Below are positions 1 to 8,461 of a stretch of 22,166 nucleotides of DNA, piece by piece (within the stretch, counting starts at the first letter, position 1; the number at the start of each line of letters is the position of its first letter). The notes beneath the pieces are model-generated. The model saw nothing but the letters and a program-made list of their open reading frames with translations, was not told the origin of the DNA and did not search any database. This DNA comes from Candidatus Micrarchaeia archaeon (GTDB lineage Archaea; Micrarchaeota; Micrarchaeia; Anstonellales; J096), in NCBI GenBank assembly GCA_041500405.1, contig JBGQMB010000015.1:1-22166 (forward strand), in the 5' to 3' direction. A program made the position numbers and the translations under genes.

Positions 1-16
1 AATCAGATAAATGATG

Positions 17-1312
17 TCATTGGAGCGAAAGAATAAGCTCGTCAAGCGCCCTTCCGCGCTCCATCTCCCTGTAGGCCGCGCTTCCCTTTTTCAAATAAGA
101 GACCTTCATTGTCCTTCTTTCAAAGTGCTTGGGCAATGCGCCTGACGCGCAGGCCTTCCGCGCTTCCTCGACCGCAAGCGTCGCCTCCCGTTGCGCCATG
201 TTGAATATCTTTCCCTCCTTGAAGAATGTCCTCTCGGTTACGAACCTTGCAACGCCTTCCGCTATCTCCAGCGGCGGGCCGTGCCTGAGGAAGTTCTTTC
301 CGACCAGCTCGTTTGCGACGCCTATGACGCACGTGCTTGTCTTTTTGTTGTCGTGCGCCCCTACCAATATGACCTCAAATCCGCTTGACTCAAGGCGCCT
401 TGCGACCTTTGAGGCCAGGCGCATGAGCTCCCCATACTTTGTCTCGTCTATTATTTTCGGGCTTTTGAACGTTATGCCTATGAGCCTTGGCACGTATTTC
501 GCCTTTCTCTGCTTCGGGAAAAAGAGCATTTCATCCGCCCCTTTTGAGAACGCCCTTGCAAGCAGCACAAGCCTTGAGAAGTTTTCCGCAGAGAGCGCGG
601 ACGCGACATTCCTGTTCCTGTCCGTCGGGTCAATGAAAACGAGCGGCGCGCCCTGGAATTTCTGCCTTGCCTTCTCAACGTCCTTCCACCTTTCCTTTAT
701 CTCCACGACCTCGCCGAACCTCCATCTGGAAATGGCTTCCATCGCCTTTTCCAGGCTCCCGTATTTTACAATTATCAATTCTGTCAAATAGCCGGATATG
801 CCTTTTGTCTTCATATCAGCCCCGTATATTCTGAATGCCTTGAGCATCCTCTTCATCAGAAGTACGCTGTCCACGCTTTTCAGGCGCTTTTTCACGAAGC
901 TCACATGGAACTTGCTCCTGTCAACAGCGGAGCCCATGTGCGCGACATGCGTTATATTGTAAGCAGGGACAATGTCCGCCTTTATCCCGTTGACGAATAT
1001 CCTGGCATATGGATGCTCGGCATACGCTATCTCATACCTGCGGAACTCCTTTTTGACTATGTCTATGACAAGCTTTCCCATTGCCTCCTTGTTGAACGTT
1101 TTTGGAAACAGCAGAAACAGGTCTATGTCGCCTTCCCCGTGCAGGAAGGTGCCTTTTGCTATTGAGCCGGCAAGCAGCATCCTGACGCCTTTTGGCAGGT
1201 GTTGCTCAAGCCTTGACTTTATGTGGGAGACGGTGCTGTTTATCTTTTCCTTTTCCTTGCTGGATGGCCTTATCCTTTCAAGCACCATTTTCAGGGGCCT
1301 GGCGTCTTCCAT
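17..1312 (-). CDS. cca: Archaeal class I CCA-adding enzyme (tRNA nucleotidyltransferase)
   Basis: 431 aa. Nucleotidyltransferase signature GSIAKGTFLHGEGDIDLF, YAEHPY, DIVP, and DPTDRNRNVA motifs typical of archaeal CCA enzymes. Confidence 0.95.
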   Translation of the reverse strand: MEDARPLKMVLERIRPSSKEKEKINSTVSHIKSRLEQHLPKGVRMLLAGSIAKGTFLHGEGDIDLFLLFPKTFNKEAMGKLVIDIVKKEFRRYEIAYAEHPYARIFVNGIKADIVPAYNITHVAHMGSAVDRSKFHVSFVKKRLKSVDSVLLMKRMLKAFRIYGADMKTKGISGYLTELIIVKYGSLEKAMEAISRWRFGEVVEIKERWKDVEKARQKFQGAPLVFIDPTDRNRNVASALSAENFSRLVLLARAFSKGADEMLFFPKQRKAKYVPRLIGITFKSPKIIDETKYGELMRLASKVARRLESSGFEVILVGAHDNKKTSTCVIGVANELVGKNFLRHGPPLEIAEGVARFVTERTFFKEGKIFNMAQREATLAVEEARKACASGALPKHFERRTMKVSYLKKGSAAYREMERGRALDELILSLQ

Positions 1313-1334
1313 GGATATCGTTTGCGGCGGGCTG

Positions 1335-1342
1335 TTTTTAAA
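1335..1342 (-). promoter_or_regulatory. Probable TATA box for cca (likely leaderless transcript)
   Basis: TTTAAAAA on the - strand, 23-30 nt upstream of the ATG at 1312. Confidence 0.55.
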
Positions 1343-1352
1343 TGTAATCTCA

Positions 1353-1396
1353 AAGTCCTTTTTCTTTGCAAAGAAAAAGCACTTGGGGAAAAAGAA
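1353..1396. repeat. Intergenic palindromic repeat, copy 1
   Basis: aagtcctttttctttgcaaagaaaaagcacttggggaaaaagaa contains a perfect 22-bp palindrome (1358-1379) and is 43/44 identical to 4527-4570. Confidence 0.9.
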
Positions 1397-1423
1397 ACTA
1401 TTTTTTCCTCTCGCTTCAAGGCC

Positions 1424-2692
1424 TCACCTGAACAGCGAGCTTCCGAAAATGAACGCCGCAAGCATTATTGTTATCAGCAGCATTATGATTCCTGCAATGA
1501 GATGCATCTGCCTGACATATTTGTCCCTCATCGCAAGTATCTCTCCTGGGTCCTTTATGCCGAACGCGACGATGACCGCTATCGCAACAAGCGGAACCAC
1601 GAATATGAAGTTATAAAACAGGAGGTACCCTATTGCCTTGAAGAATTCCGCAGTCCAGATGTTGGTCAGGGACAGCATGCTGAGTATCATCAGGTATGGG
1701 CCTGAAGAGCACGGCAAAAGGAACAATGAGCAGAATACCGCAACAACCGCCACCATCGGAAGCGAGGTCGCCATTGCCATCACCTTCTGGAGATGCGGCC
1801 TCAGGAAAAGCGGTATCTCTATGGATTCCATGCCTGGGCGGTAGGAGAAATACGCCCTTATCTCAAGGATTGTTATGATTGCGGTTATTGCCACCATCAA
1901 ATAGAAGAAATATTTCTGTATGCTGATGTCGCCGACAACCTTCATCACGCCAATGCCCATCATGAAATAGCAGACAAAGACCACTGCCGTGAACAAAAGC
2001 CCGCTCATCAGCACGCTCTTCTTGCCCTTTTTCTCCAGCGTTATGGCAAGCAGCATGGCCATCACTGCCATGGTGCATGGGTTTATGGAGTCTGCAACCG
2101 CCGCGGGTATCAGCACCATCAGCGGTATCTCGTTTGACGCTTGTGTGGACGAGACGCTTGCGTTTCCGGTCAGGTTGAGGTCTGTCCCGGTTTGATATTC
2201 GAAGCTCTCGTTCTGCCTTATTTTGTCCATCAATTGTTCCATCTGCACGCTCGTGTAAGCGCCTGCGGGACATCCTTTATCTTCACAAAGCTGGATTATC
2301 TTTATTATGTCCTCCCTGGGCAGCTCCCCGACTATCATCAGCTTGCCGTTTATTATGGTCGTCGGTATTCCGCCCTGCGAGGCATCATACCCGAACTTCC
2401 CGTACATGGCAAGAAGCTCCTTGTTGTTTTCAGGGTCGTACCTCACTTCCTTCAGGGCCAGTGAGAAATTGTATGTTTTTGTTATGTCTGTAAGCGAGGT
2501 TATCATGTTCGCGCAATGCGGGCACCCCAGTCCCTCGTACATCACCATGGTCACGTTGGTTTTGATTGTTGCGTTCCCTTCGCCGCCAATTGCCTCGCCT
2601 AGGCATCCTGGGGCAAGCATGATGGCTGCCATTATCGCCAGCGCAAGGAGAATCCTGGCAATGTTCATAGATGTGGATTTTTTTATAACCAT
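1424..2692 (-). CDS. Thioredoxin/glutaredoxin domain (CPHC) fused to a CcdA/DsbD-like transmembrane electron-transfer domain
   Basis: Signal peptide ending APGC, then GCPHC and cis-Pro motif GIPT. C-terminal ~6 hydrophobic helices with DSINPCTM and LLPCSSGPY, the two Pro-Cys motifs of the CcdA/DsbD family. Confidence 0.85.
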   Translation of the reverse strand: MVIKKSTSMNIARILLALAIMAAIMLAPGCLGEAIGGEGNATIKTNVTMVMYEGLGCPHCANMITSLTDITKTYNFSLALKEVRYDPENNKELLAMYGKFGYDASQGGIPTTIINGKLMIVGELPREDIIKIIQLCEDKGCPAGAYTSVQMEQLMDKIRQNESFEYQTGTDLNLTGNASVSSTQASNEIPLMVLIPAAVADSINPCTMAVMAMLLAITLEKKGKKSVLMSGLLFTAVVFVCYFMMGIGVMKVVGDISIQKYFFYLMVAITAIITILEIRAYFSYRPGMESIEIPLFLRPHLQKVMAMATSLPMVAVVAVFCSLFLLPCSSGPYLMILSMLSLTNIWTAEFFKAIGYLLFYNFIFVVPLVAIAVIVAFGIKDPGEILAMRDKYVRQMHLIAGIIMLLITIMLAAFIFGSSLFR

Positions 2693-2707
2693 TTAAATAC
2701 CTTCTCT

Positions 2708-3157
2708 TTAGCTTAGGGCAGAGACTTCGGAATTGCCGAAAACGCCGGACGGACATTTCCTGTTTCCGCAAAGCTCGATCGCCTTTATCCAGTTTTTGAT
2801 TGACAGCTCGCCGATTATCATCATCTTTCCGTTGATTACCATGGTCGGGACGCCGCCATCGTCTGGATTGTACCCGAATGCCCCGTACTTCGCGTTCATC
2901 TCGTCCTGGTTTGTCTTGTTGTTCCACACTTCCTTCTTTGCCATGCTAATATTGTAAGATTTGTTCAGCGCGTTCAACGTCGTCATGGTATTCTCGCAGT
3001 GCGTGCACCCGTCCCCATAATACATCAGTATGCTTACGCTCACGTTCTTCCTGTCGGTCCCGTTCAGGACCTTTTCAACATCCTCGTTGCTGACCTGCTC
3101 TGCGCATCCGCAAATTAGAATAATAACAAACAAGACGGCCAATGCGCCCTTATTCAT
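2708..3157 (-). CDS. Secreted or lipid-anchored thioredoxin/glutaredoxin-like protein (CTHC)
   Basis: Signal peptide with lipobox-like ICGC, then GCTHC and GGVPTMVINGK. Clearly paralogous to the N-terminal domain of 1424..2692. Confidence 0.85.
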   Translation of the reverse strand: MNKGALAVLFVIILICGCAEQVSNEDVEKVLNGTDRKNVSVSILMYYGDGCTHCENTMTTLNALNKSYNISMAKKEVWNNKTNQDEMNAKYGAFGYNPDDGGVPTMVINGKMMIIGELSIKNWIKAIELCGNRKCPSGVFGNSEVSALS

Positions 3158-3440
3158 CCTTCTTCTTCCTCCTTGCCAGGGATGCCAGCGTTCCGCTTAT
3201 CCTTTTTATCTTTATCCTGTCCTTTGAGCACAACAGCGCCGCGGCAACCTCTCTCGCAGAGCTTCTTTCCACCCTTATGGTTTCAGCATTTCCGTCCTTC
3301 CTTATGGGCCTGAACATGATTCTTCCGAAGCCGGATGTGCCGAAAAAGCCGAGCAGGTACGCGCCTATGTCTGTTTTTCCTATATTTTCCAGCTCGATGT
3401 ACCTTGAATCAGGCCTATGCGACGGTTTGTATGTTCTCAT
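3150..3440 (-). CDS. rnp2: RNase P protein Pop5/Rpp14 family (short form)
   Basis: 96 aa with the family pattern: N-terminal SRYI, FGTSG, IRVER, AAALL, and C-terminal ISGTL. Overlaps both neighbouring genes, as expected in an operon. Confidence 0.7.
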   Translation of the reverse strand: MRTYKPSHRPDSRYIELENIGKTDIGAYLLGFFGTSGFGRIMFRPIRKDGNAETIRVERSSAREVAAALLCSKDRIKIKRISGTLASLARRKKKDE

Positions 3441-4411
3441 TTTAGGTATATCCCCGTTTTCTGGTAATTGCCAATGAATATTGTTGCTATGGACCTTTCA
3501 ATCTCGGAGAACAGCCCGCCGCTTTGGCTCGAGGAGTATGACACTTCGCAGACGTCTGGCTTTTTGTCATATGTCATGTTTGCCAAATCCGCGGCCTTCC
3601 TTATCGCGTCGTCCTTGCTGCCAACCATGTCCGCAAGGCCGTAATTCACCGCCTGCTTTCCGGACACTATCCTGCCGTCTGTAAGGTTTGCCAGGTCAGC
3701 GCTCCTTATCCTGTTGCCCCTGCTTTGCTTAAGCACGTTTACAAAGTCCTGGTAAATCTCGTCTATTATGCCCTGCATTATTGCCGTTTCCTCGGCATCG
3801 GCGGTTTTGTACTCAGAAAGGAAGTCCTTGTGCTCAGCGCTCTTTATCGCGGATATGTTGACGCCCACTTTCTCCATAAGGCCCGTTATGTCCATCGTGA
3901 GCGATATCACGCCTATGCTTCCTGTTATGGTCTCCGGTTCAGTCACTATATAATCAGACCCCAGGGCAACATAATAGCCTCCGCTTGCCGCGGTCTCGTA
4001 AAGGTATGCCACGCTGGTCTTGTTGAGGTTTTTAACCGCCTCGTATATCTGGCGGGACGGTATGACGCTTCCGCCCGGGCTGTTTATTCTCACAACAACA
4101 GCCTTGACCTCATCCCTGCCGTCCAGTGCGGATATAGCGCTGGCAATCTCCTCTCCCCCCGGAGAGCCTGAGGAGAACAGCGTTGCAGGCGTTCCCTCGG
4201 ACGAAATTTCGCCGTCAATGTTCACGACGGCGACGCAGTCCCGGAATGACAGATTGGCAGAGCCGAAGAACATCAGTATGCCGATTGCCGCAAAAAGGCC
4301 TATCGCTATCACCGCGGCGCCGAAGAACACCAACTTCCGCTGCATGTTTTCCCCAACCGAAAACTGCAGTGCGCCATGCTTCCTATAGTCCTTCTGCCCT
4401 GTTCCGTCCAT
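3437..4411 (-). CDS. sppA: Signal peptide peptidase SppA (S49, 36K type)
   Basis: N-terminal TM helix, INSPGGS, AASGGYY (catalytic Ser), TGSIGV, HKD. Start moved from the track's 4456 to ATG 4411, 24 nt below a TATA box; ATG 4345 is also possible. Confidence 0.92.
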   Translation of the reverse strand: MDGTGQKDYRKHGALQFSVGENMQRKLVFFGAAVIAIGLFAAIGILMFFGSANLSFRDCVAVVNIDGEISSEGTPATLFSSGSPGGEEIASAISALDGRDEVKAVVVRINSPGGSVIPSRQIYEAVKNLNKTSVAYLYETAASGGYYVALGSDYIVTEPETITGSIGVISLTMDITGLMEKVGVNISAIKSAEHKDFLSEYKTADAEETAIMQGIIDEIYQDFVNVLKQSRGNRIRSADLANLTDGRIVSGKQAVNYGLADMVGSKDDAIRKAADLANMTYDKKPDVCEVSYSSSQSGGLFSEIERSIATIFIGNYQKTGIYLK

Positions 4412-4434
4412 GTAATCCCGATGGTTTGGTATCG

Positions 4435-4443
4435 TTTTTAAAC
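4435..4443. promoter_or_regulatory. Candidate bidirectional TATA box (sppA on -, C/D sRNA on +)
   Basis: tttttaaac lies about 24 nt from both ATG 4411 (- strand) and the sRNA 5' stem at 4466 (+ strand). Confidence 0.5.
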
Positions 4444-4465
4444 TTATTGCGGCCATTCATAAACT

Positions 4466-4524
4466 GCAGGATGATGACGTGAACAACCTCTGATCAATGA
4501 TGAGGCATGACAGCGACTGACTGC
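4466..4524 (+). ncRNA. Archaeal box C/D 2'-O-methylation guide sRNA
   Basis: Terminal stem GCAG(4466-69)/CTGC(4521-24). C box ATGATGA 4471-77, 12-nt D' guide CGTGAACAACCT, D' box CTGA 4490-93, C' box ATGATGA 4497-4503, 13-nt D guide GGCATGACAGCGA, D box CTGA 4517-20. All four boxes are consensus with canonical spacing. Confidence 0.9.
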
Positions 4525-4526
4525 TT

Positions 4527-4602
4527 AAGTCCTTTTTCTTCGCAAAGAAAAAGCACTTGGGGAAAAAGAAGGCAATTTGGGGAAAGAAAAAGCGTTTTGG
4601 GC
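4527..4602. repeat. Intergenic palindromic repeat, copy 2, with a second tail; probable bidirectional terminator
   Basis: 4527-4570 matches copy 1 at 43/44 (hairpin CTTTTTCTT-CGCA-AAGAAAAAG). 4577-4602 matches 8543-8568 at 24/26. Lies between the convergent sRNA and peptidase gene. Confidence 0.85.
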
Positions 4603-4615
4603 GAGGATTTCCCTG

Positions 4616-5464
4616 CTAAAAAAGCAACAGCTTTGCGTACAGTATCGCCACGATTTCACCGCCGAGAAGGAACGGCATGTACGGGGGCATGCCCTTCATC
4701 ACAATTATCCTTTTTATGCCGAGCTTCTTGAGCTTTTTCACTGCGTCCCTTGTCACAAGCGGCGAGGACTTGAAGATATCCTTTGCCCGCTCGTCCAGCA
4801 TCTTGGGGTTCACGACCTCTTCTTCTGCTTCATTGACATCCGCCTCTCCGCTCATTATGGCATCAAGCTCGTCCTTGTACGTATAATATAGGAATGACAT
4901 CAGGCCAAGGCTTATGACAACCGCAAGTATGGCCGGATTGCCTATTGGCGAGTTTACGTACAATGCCGCAAACAAAAGCGTCATTACGGCCATGCTCGCG
5001 CCCTCCAGGTTCATCTTCAGCTTTGCCCCCAGCTTGGCAAGCCTGTATACAAAATACAGGAAGTTGGTTATCGAGAACAGCATGCCGCTGAACAGCAGCA
5101 CGAACAGGATGAACGGGAAATTCAGGAAAACGCCTGCGGCAACAGGCGCTATCGGAAGCAGAAGCGCCATCGACGGTATTATGAACATCTCCGCCCCGCC
5201 CATGTAGCCCATCCTGTAGAACAGGTAGCATATTATCCCTAGCACGATGGCCTGCGCCCCCTCCATCATGATAAGGTCCTTTGGCGCGGGCAGGGCTATG
5301 AGCGCTGAAATAATGAGTACACAGTAAAGCACGCTGTCCGGTATGTTCTTGTTCTTGAAAAGGTCAAAATACGCGCAAACGGCAAGCATAATCAGCGATG
5401 CCACTATCCTGAGCTGCTCAAAAGGCATTTCCGCATATCCCAATATGAATGATATGTCAATCAT
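4616..5464 (-). CDS. A24 family prepilin/prearchaellin peptidase-like membrane protein (FlaK/PibD-like)
   Basis: Polytopic. YFDL..K.IPD carries the first catalytic Asp; MGGAE sits at the GxGD position with Asp replaced by Glu. C-terminal PYMPFL motif. Confidence 0.8.
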   Translation of the reverse strand: MIDISFILGYAEMPFEQLRIVASLIMLAVCAYFDLFKNKNIPDSVLYCVLIISALIALPAPKDLIMMEGAQAIVLGIICYLFYRMGYMGGAEMFIIPSMALLLPIAPVAAGVFLNFPFILFVLLFSGMLFSITNFLYFVYRLAKLGAKLKMNLEGASMAVMTLLFAALYVNSPIGNPAILAVVISLGLMSFLYYTYKDELDAIMSGEADVNEAEEEVVNPKMLDERAKDIFKSSPLVTRDAVKKLKKLGIKRIIVMKGMPPYMPFLLGGEIVAILYAKLLLF

Positions 5465-6513
5465 GGCTTCACCGTGTCAAGGAACCTGTCCCTTATCCTG
5501 GTAACCACAAGACTATCGCACCTGATGTTCTTATGCGTTGCGGTGGAGAAGTTGGGTTCCGTCCTTCCGTTGTCCCCGTTGATAAGCTCCTTTATGTACA
5601 TGCCGGCCTCGCACCCTATTTCGGCATAAAACCCCTTGCCGTCCTTCCCGACTTCCAAGGAGTGGATTTTCCTTTTCCTTGTCAAATCCGCTCTCCTGTT
5701 TATCACGCGCTCGGGCGTCCTCTGGCTTATTGTTATGCCTTCCAGCTTCCTTATTGTTTCCAGGTCCTTTTCATCTATGCTTTCTTCGCTTGAAAAATAA
5801 GCCCTGTATCCCTTGTCAAAATGCGAGTCCGATATTAGGGCGACAAACGACGGATTCACATATCCAATCAGCTTCACTTTCACCCTTTTGTCGGAGTTGA
5901 TTTCGTTTTCCATATCTTTCAGGCCCGTGTCCCTTGCCTTCGCGCCCCTGATTTCCATCACGAACGGCCTGCCGGCAGTGTTGGTCACGTCAATGTCCTC
6001 CCTTCCCGACGCGTGCATCGTGAACGAGTGCGCTTCGGCCGCTTCCTTCATCTTTTCCCCGATTATGCCCTCCAATGACGGAAACCGTTTCACGAACCAT
6101 TCCTTTTGCGCGACATTCGGCTCAAGCTTTTTGTACCTTCCGAAAATGAACAGCGGCTCCATCTTGTGGGACATTGCCCCTGTTTCAAGATTGAAGCAAA
6201 AGGACACGTCCGGGTAATCGGGATTGTATTCTAGACCGGTTTTCCTTTCTATCGTTTCGCGCATAATCCTGTTCAATTGCCTCTTTACCGTTTCGCCAAG
6301 GCAGACGTCAAAAACGTCCTCCTCCACAGCCAGCGTTTTTTTGCCTATTATGCTTGAGACCGAGAATTTTTTCACGCCCTTTGCGCCGATTCCATTGAAA
6401 TCATATCCCGCGATTGCCTTTTCTGCGTTGTCCATCCTGTTTCCGCAAATATGGCAATTTCCAATGGAGAATTTATGCCTGAACCTCATGCTGCAGGCGC
6501 GGCACAGCATCAT
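5461..6513 (-). CDS. pus10: tRNA pseudouridine(54/55) synthase Pus10
   Basis: N-terminal CxxC...CxxC, GRYKK, HASGREDIDV (catalytic Asp), GRPF, QRTPERV, AGMYIKELINGDNGRTEP. Confidence 0.95.
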   Translation of the reverse strand: MMLCRACSMRFRHKFSIGNCHICGNRMDNAEKAIAGYDFNGIGAKGVKKFSVSSIIGKKTLAVEEDVFDVCLGETVKRQLNRIMRETIERKTGLEYNPDYPDVSFCFNLETGAMSHKMEPLFIFGRYKKLEPNVAQKEWFVKRFPSLEGIIGEKMKEAAEAHSFTMHASGREDIDVTNTAGRPFVMEIRGAKARDTGLKDMENEINSDKRVKVKLIGYVNPSFVALISDSHFDKGYRAYFSSEESIDEKDLETIRKLEGITISQRTPERVINRRADLTRKRKIHSLEVGKDGKGFYAEIGCEAGMYIKELINGDNGRTEPNFSTATHKNIRCDSLVVTRIRDRFLDTVKP

Positions 6514-8240
6514 TTTCTCATTCCCTTCATCAGCTTGAACATGTTCTCCACTTCAAGGGCGGTCGTCGCCTCGTATGCGCCCTTGTCCTCCCTTAGTTTT
6601 ACGAACCTCGGGAACCTTAGCGCGTATCCCCTGCCGTTCCTTTGCATGCAGGTATGCTGGCTGCTTACTGTTATGTCGTCAAACGCGATCTCGGCAACGT
6701 GCTTCGGCTCAACCCAGACATCGGGCTTCATGGCGTGGCTGAGGTTCTTCGGAGGCTCCTTTGTCTTTTCCGATTCAAGCATCTCCTTGAAGTTCGCCAT
6801 CTCCTCTTCCGTGAATCCGCTTCCGACCTTCGCGACAGTCTCAAACGCGTCCCTGTCCTCATTGTACACGGCGCAAAGCAGGCCCCCGAACCCGAACTTT
6901 GTCCTTGAGCCCTTGCCGAAATAGTATCCCATTATGACCGCGTCTAGGGTGTCTATTGCCTTGCCGTAGCTTTTCTTGAGCTTTATCCATGCGTAGTCCC
7001 TTTTGCCTGCGGTGTATGGGGCCTCAAGGTTCTTGGCTATTATTCCCTCCAATCTCTTTTCAGTCGCCTCGTCAAACGCCTTCTGTATGTCATCAGCGCT
7101 TTTCGCCATCCTCCATTCGCTGAGCTTCAGGTTGTCCCCGAACGGGAATATGCCCTCTATGAGCTTCCTCCTTTCCCTCATTTTCATTGCGGTGCAGTCT
7201 TCGCCGTTGAGCGACATTATGTCAAACACGTATATGTGCAAAGGCCAGTCTTTGCTTGCCTGCTCCAGCCCGTATTTCCTTCTCCTGTGCATGGTCTGCT
7301 GGAAGCTGTAGAACCTGTTTTCCTTTTCGTTGAACGCGAGCGCCTCGCCCTCAAACACAATCTCGTCCTGCGGAAGCTTTTTCACGCTTTCCACGATGTC
7401 CGGAAACATGTGCTCCATTGTTTCCAATTTCCTTGAGTATATCCTGACTTCCTTGCCCTTCTTGTGCAGCTGCATCCTGAAGCCGTCGTACTTGTATTCA
7501 ACCGCGCACTTCTCCAGCTTCTCGAAGATTTGCTCCGCGTCATTCAGCCTTTCTGCCAATGCGGGCCTGAGCGGCCTGAACACCTTTATCTTGAACCTGG
7601 CTATGCCCTTCGGGTCCTCAAACAGCGTTTTTGCGACCAATCCAAGGTCGGAGCACAGGTTGTACGCCCTTTCCAGCTTTTCCCTGAGCGTCTTGTCCCC
7701 TGTGCTGCTCCAGCTCAATGCATCCAGTATGGTCGCGTCCCCGACCTTTATCCTCAATTTGTTCAGCACAATCCTTGCTATGTATTTCGCCTCTATCGGG
7801 GTGGTGCTGTTGAACATTTCCGAAAGGAACCTTATCTTCTGGGTCTGGCTTCCTGTGCCGCTGGCCTGCGCAATCCTCATGAACGAGTTGTAGACATCTT
7901 CCAATGAAAGGTCCCTTGAGGACAATGATTTCTGCTTTTTTCCGCCGGTAAGCTCCGATGCGGCTATGCCGATGTCGCCCTTTTTCACATACAGCGCGTT
8001 TATCTCCCTTTCAGTGTATCCGGTTGCTGTTGCGAGCGTGGCTATGACGAATTTTTCGCCCACTCCAAATTCCACGCCGTAATATTCGGCCTTCAGCTTG
8101 CCCTGCAGCAGGTAGGATATCTTCTCCGCTTCGGAAGGGCTCATTGTCTTGTACATGTTGGCAAGGATGCTGGTTATCTCGAGCCTTCCGGACTTGCCCT
8201 CAATCTGCTGAAGTATCTCGCAAATCTCCCTGAAGAGCAT
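6510..8240 (-). CDS. lig: ATP-dependent DNA ligase
   Basis: 576 aa. Motif I EYKYDGFR, FEGE, VFDI, EGIIAK, WIKLK, and ALRFPRF. Confidence 0.97.
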   Translation of the reverse strand: MLFREICEILQQIEGKSGRLEITSILANMYKTMSPSEAEKISYLLQGKLKAEYYGVEFGVGEKFVIATLATATGYTEREINALYVKKGDIGIAASELTGGKKQKSLSSRDLSLEDVYNSFMRIAQASGTGSQTQKIRFLSEMFNSTTPIEAKYIARIVLNKLRIKVGDATILDALSWSSTGDKTLREKLERAYNLCSDLGLVAKTLFEDPKGIARFKIKVFRPLRPALAERLNDAEQIFEKLEKCAVEYKYDGFRMQLHKKGKEVRIYSRKLETMEHMFPDIVESVKKLPQDEIVFEGEALAFNEKENRFYSFQQTMHRRRKYGLEQASKDWPLHIYVFDIMSLNGEDCTAMKMRERRKLIEGIFPFGDNLKLSEWRMAKSADDIQKAFDEATEKRLEGIIAKNLEAPYTAGKRDYAWIKLKKSYGKAIDTLDAVIMGYYFGKGSRTKFGFGGLLCAVYNEDRDAFETVAKVGSGFTEEEMANFKEMLESEKTKEPPKNLSHAMKPDVWVEPKHVAEIAFDDITVSSQHTCMQRNGRGYALRFPRFVKLREDKGAYEATTALEVENMFKLMKGMRK

Positions 8241-8261
8241 GGTTTTGTATGATTAGTCCAG

Positions 8262-8304
8262 TTTAAAAATGCTTTTTCGCATTATATAATACTGTATTTT
8301 AAAC
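8262..8304. promoter_or_regulatory. Divergent promoter region between lig and tRNA-His
   Basis: TTTTTAAA on - at 8262-69 upstream of lig. TTTTAAAC on + at 8297-8304 upstream of the tRNA. Perfect palindrome ATTATATAAT (8281-90) between them. Confidence 0.5.
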
Positions 8305-8330
8305 GTTTTGAGGCACACAATAGTCTTGTC

Positions 8331-8402
8331 GCCGGGATAGCGTAATGGTTAGCGTGGAGGCCTGTGGAGCCTTAGATCCGGGTTCAACTCCCGGTCCCGG
8401 CC
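8331..8402 (+). tRNA. tRNA-His (GTG), intronless, CCA not encoded
   Basis: Acceptor GCCGGGA/TCCCGGC, D arm GCGT-AATGGTTA-GCGT, anticodon arm GAGGC-CT GTG GA-GCCTT (anticodon 8364-66), T arm CCGGG-TTCAACT-CCCGG, discriminator C73. Confidence 0.96.
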
Positions 8403-8461
8403 TTGGCCCTTTTCCCAGGGCCAGCCAGCTGTGCGGGGCCCAGGTAAAAGCGCCAGCGGAA

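Noticed and set aside
4412..4456. N-terminal extension of SppA given by the track start at 4456
   Set aside because: It overlaps the probable TATA box shared with the sRNA. ATG 4411 or 4345 fits better.
4504..4516. Assigning the sRNA D guide to 23S U2504, the 16S 1060 region or the tRNA-Asp anticodon loop
   Set aside because: Each gives only ~7-8 bp or mismatches next to the target from recalled consensus sequences. The cognate RNAs are needed to decide.
8380..8460. Integrated element at the tRNA-His 3' end
   Set aside because: I saw no duplicated tRNA 3' end and no integrase in the window, and the downstream genes are housekeeping.
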